Of a stretch of DNA of 64,000 nt, positions 61,598 to 64,000 are shown in pieces. Within the stretch, counting starts at the first letter, position 1. Every line of letters starts with the position of its first letter. The DNA comes from Amoebophrya sp. A120 (lineage: Eukaryota > Protista > Dinoflagellata): positions 3,522,013-3,586,012 of the forward strand of contig CAJINV010000008.1 of NCBI GenBank assembly GCA_905178155.1. The letters are read 5' to 3'. Position numbers and translations under genes: made by a program. The notes below the pieces were generated by a model. The model was not told the origin of the DNA, made no database searches, and saw only the letters and a list, made by a program, of their open reading frames with translations.

Positions 61598-63192
61598 AGC
61601 GGGATTATAATTTGTGCTGTACTCATGATCTTCAAGAGGTACTACTGTCGGCACACGCAAAGCATCTGCGTAAAATTATTGCCTTGTTATTTGCTGCAAA
61701 TGCAATACATTAAATTTGCATCACTGAGTCATTCTCATTGCGATATGGGGAGGGGGATCATTTTCATTTCGATAGTTAACGTCTGGACGGTTTCTTCATC
61801 TGGTGACGAGACCGGATCGCGGGAGGACTGGGACATGATTCCTGCTGACGGTAGTTCGTTGGATCCGTAAGGCGAACTCTCGTACGTCGGACCCTTTCTG
61901 AAGATGTGCCGTTCGCACTGTGGTGTGTACACAAGAATGAGATCGCGCTGCTTGTTGCACTCACTTGTTTTGCCCGCAAACGTTTTGTAAGTTCTTCTAC
62001 GAAGTAGGTATCAAGTTGTATGTACGTACCAATCTACAACTGCCGGATGAACAAGAATATAGACGAGCAGAAGTTTTGGAATATTGTACTTAGTTTTGGA
62101 AATTTCTGTCTTGAGAATACTACAACAAACCACGGGGCGGGATCTGCTTCTATTTTTCCCTCTCAATACAGCACTGCACCAGCTAGACACAAAGAAAGAT
62201 TTAAACTTCTTGCTGTCACTCACAGTATCGTCGATTTCGATCGTCTGCACGCAAGGGCAGGTTGTAGGTAATGTGTATTTTTGAAGATATTTTTGTTGGG
62301 CCGACGAGGTGGAAGGGGTACCTGCTGCTAGCGTTGAGGGGCGCTTTTGTCCATGCGAACCGCGATGAAAAATATAGAAACCCAAGAGCAAGCTTTGCTA
62401 CATAATTGTGTTGCGCAGATGGAAATCAGAATTGGTCTAGGACCGACTAACCAATCTGACAGGACTTCTTCACAGTCTCAGTTGTAGGATCTAACTTCTG
62501 GCCTCGGGTTTTCCCCTACAACTTCTAGGAGTGGAAAAAGAAATATGGTCTTTGTTCTACGAAACCGGTCGTACCTGGTGGGCCTTTATCTGTAAGCTTT
62601 TGGTTTTTTGTTGCCCTGGCGCGCGTTGGCCACAAGATCTGTAAATCCAAAATTCGTGGTGGCGCAATAGTACTCACTGCAGAAAGGTGATCTCGCCCCG
62701 AGAATGCAGAAGTGTGCACACGTTTGTAATGCAAACACGAGGAAATTCAGAAATCGAAATTCGAAAATGCAATGCTCTACTGCTCCAGCAGAATTTGAAG
62801 CAAGGAAAAAAGAAAAAATCGATTGGTAGAATCTTGGATCAAATAAGTAGAAGGAAAAGCTCAGCAACAAGGTGAACACGGCAACTTAATACTACATCAT
62901 CAAATTCATTTTCAATTTTTTGAACAAAAATTATCATCATTTTCACGAGCAGGACTGCACAACATGAAGAGTTAGCGAGCCAAGACTCGAGAAAAATTAC
63001 CGTTGATTTCATCCGGCAGCGAGCGTCGTGTCTCCTTTTTTGTCTGACCCTAACACACCAGTTGGACGAGAAGACTGACTACACTTGACTGTTACACTAA
63101 GCAAAGAAATACCGTCTTTCACCGCCACAAAAAAAACTAGAAGCAAGAGACCTAACAGCATCAATTGAGCCTCGTCCGCAAAAGAGAAAAAA

Positions 63193-64000
63193 ATGGTGGC
63201 AAGCAGCGGTAACGCGCGTGGCGGGGGTCCGGTTTCGCAGCCGTCACCGGAGGTTACCGCGTTGGCGACCGAGTTCCGGGAGCTGCAGAAACAGCTGCAG
63301 ACGAACTACGATTCGCGGATGAAGCTGCTGACTCAGCAGGAGGAGAACCAGACGGTGGCGAAGGAATTCGCGATCCTGGAGCAGGTATCCTGTGCAAAAG
63401 TATCGTACTCGTACTAATTGCAGATATGCATAAAAAATCCAACTTTCTACCTGAAATAGCACGACAAATTCATTGCATTTTTGTTCTTGGGAAAGTTTGT
63501 AATGCAATTCATACTAGGTAGTACGATTACTTTTGCAGTGCATAGTATGACGGTGTGGTCTACAAGTTGATCGGCCCCGTGCTGGTCCGCCAGAACCTGG
63601 AGGACGCGATATCAGAATGAAAAATCCCCCCTCTCCATATCAAAACGAAGTTTCTGATGCTGGATTTGCGTACACAAATCTGATTTGTCTTGCTGGCGAG
63701 GACTGCGGACCCATGTTAAGCCTGAGGAGACAGGTTTTGGCCTTGGCGCTTCGCATGACAGACGTCTATGCTGTAGGTGCAACAGCATGACAAACCGCTT
63801 GTAGAATGCGGCGGAGCCTGTGGAATTGCCTTCATGTAACACAGAGACGATTTGTGGTCACAAATTAGCAACACAAATTTTCGAAAACGTGCCTTGTCAA
63901 TATGGGGAGGGGGGATTTTTCCTTTTGATACGCGAAGGGGAACGTGGACAAGCGACTGAACTACATCAAGGAAGAGCTCGACCGAGCGGACAAGGTCATC
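63193..64000 (+). CDS. PFDN6: Prefoldin subunit 6 (runs off window end)
   Basis: After IE removal: LLTQQEENQTVAKEFAILEQDGVVYKLIGPVLVRQNLEDAKGNVDKRLNYIKEELDR. Confidence 0.9.
63386..63544. mobile_element. Introner element (also readable as GT-AG intron 63385-63545)
   Basis: TATCCTGTGCAAAAGTATCGTAC...GTACGATTACTTTTGCAGTGCATA; flanks gcagg/gtatg. Confidence 0.75.
63610..63930. mobile_element. Introner element, family D
   Basis: TATCAGAATGAAAAATCCCCCCTCTCCATAT...ATATGGGGAGGGGGGATTTTTCCTTTTGATA; perfect DR cgcga. Confidence 0.92.

Noticed and set aside
1-64000. Dinoflagellate spliced-leader relics, tRNA or rRNA genes
   Set aside because: No CCGTAGCCATTTTGGCTCAAG match or convincing RNA gene seen by eye; a covariance-model search was not possible.

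Overview
Eukaryotic genomic DNA. The organisation strongly suggests the parasitic dinoflagellate Amoebophrya (Syndiniales) or a relative; this is inferred from structure, not from a database search. All recognisable host genes lie on the + strand: a LURP-one/Tub_2-like fragment, a WW+ankyrin protein, EFCAB11-like, IFT52, two hypothetical proteins, SMARCAD1/Fun30-like, SURF6/RRP14, a rhomboid protease, a ~1050-aa unknown protein and PFDN6. Their coding sequences are interrupted by at least 36 non-canonical introner elements (IEs) of at least six TIR families. These are 160-1030 bp long, always TAT...ATA, with 5-bp direct repeats, and occur in both orientations. In almost every case, removing the element plus one repeat restores the reading frame. 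The main finding is a 14.3-kb Mutator-like (MULE) transposon (43094-57374, 9-bp TSD GTTTCTGAA) inside a host coding sequence. It carries a GT donor at its left tip and could be removed in frame as a giant intron. It encodes an apparently intact ~1790-aa DDE+SWIM transposase that is itself split by six introners. Two 1.3-1.6 kb foldback-like elements flanked by unusually long 43/46-bp duplications and an intergenic TAA-flanked MITE are also present.
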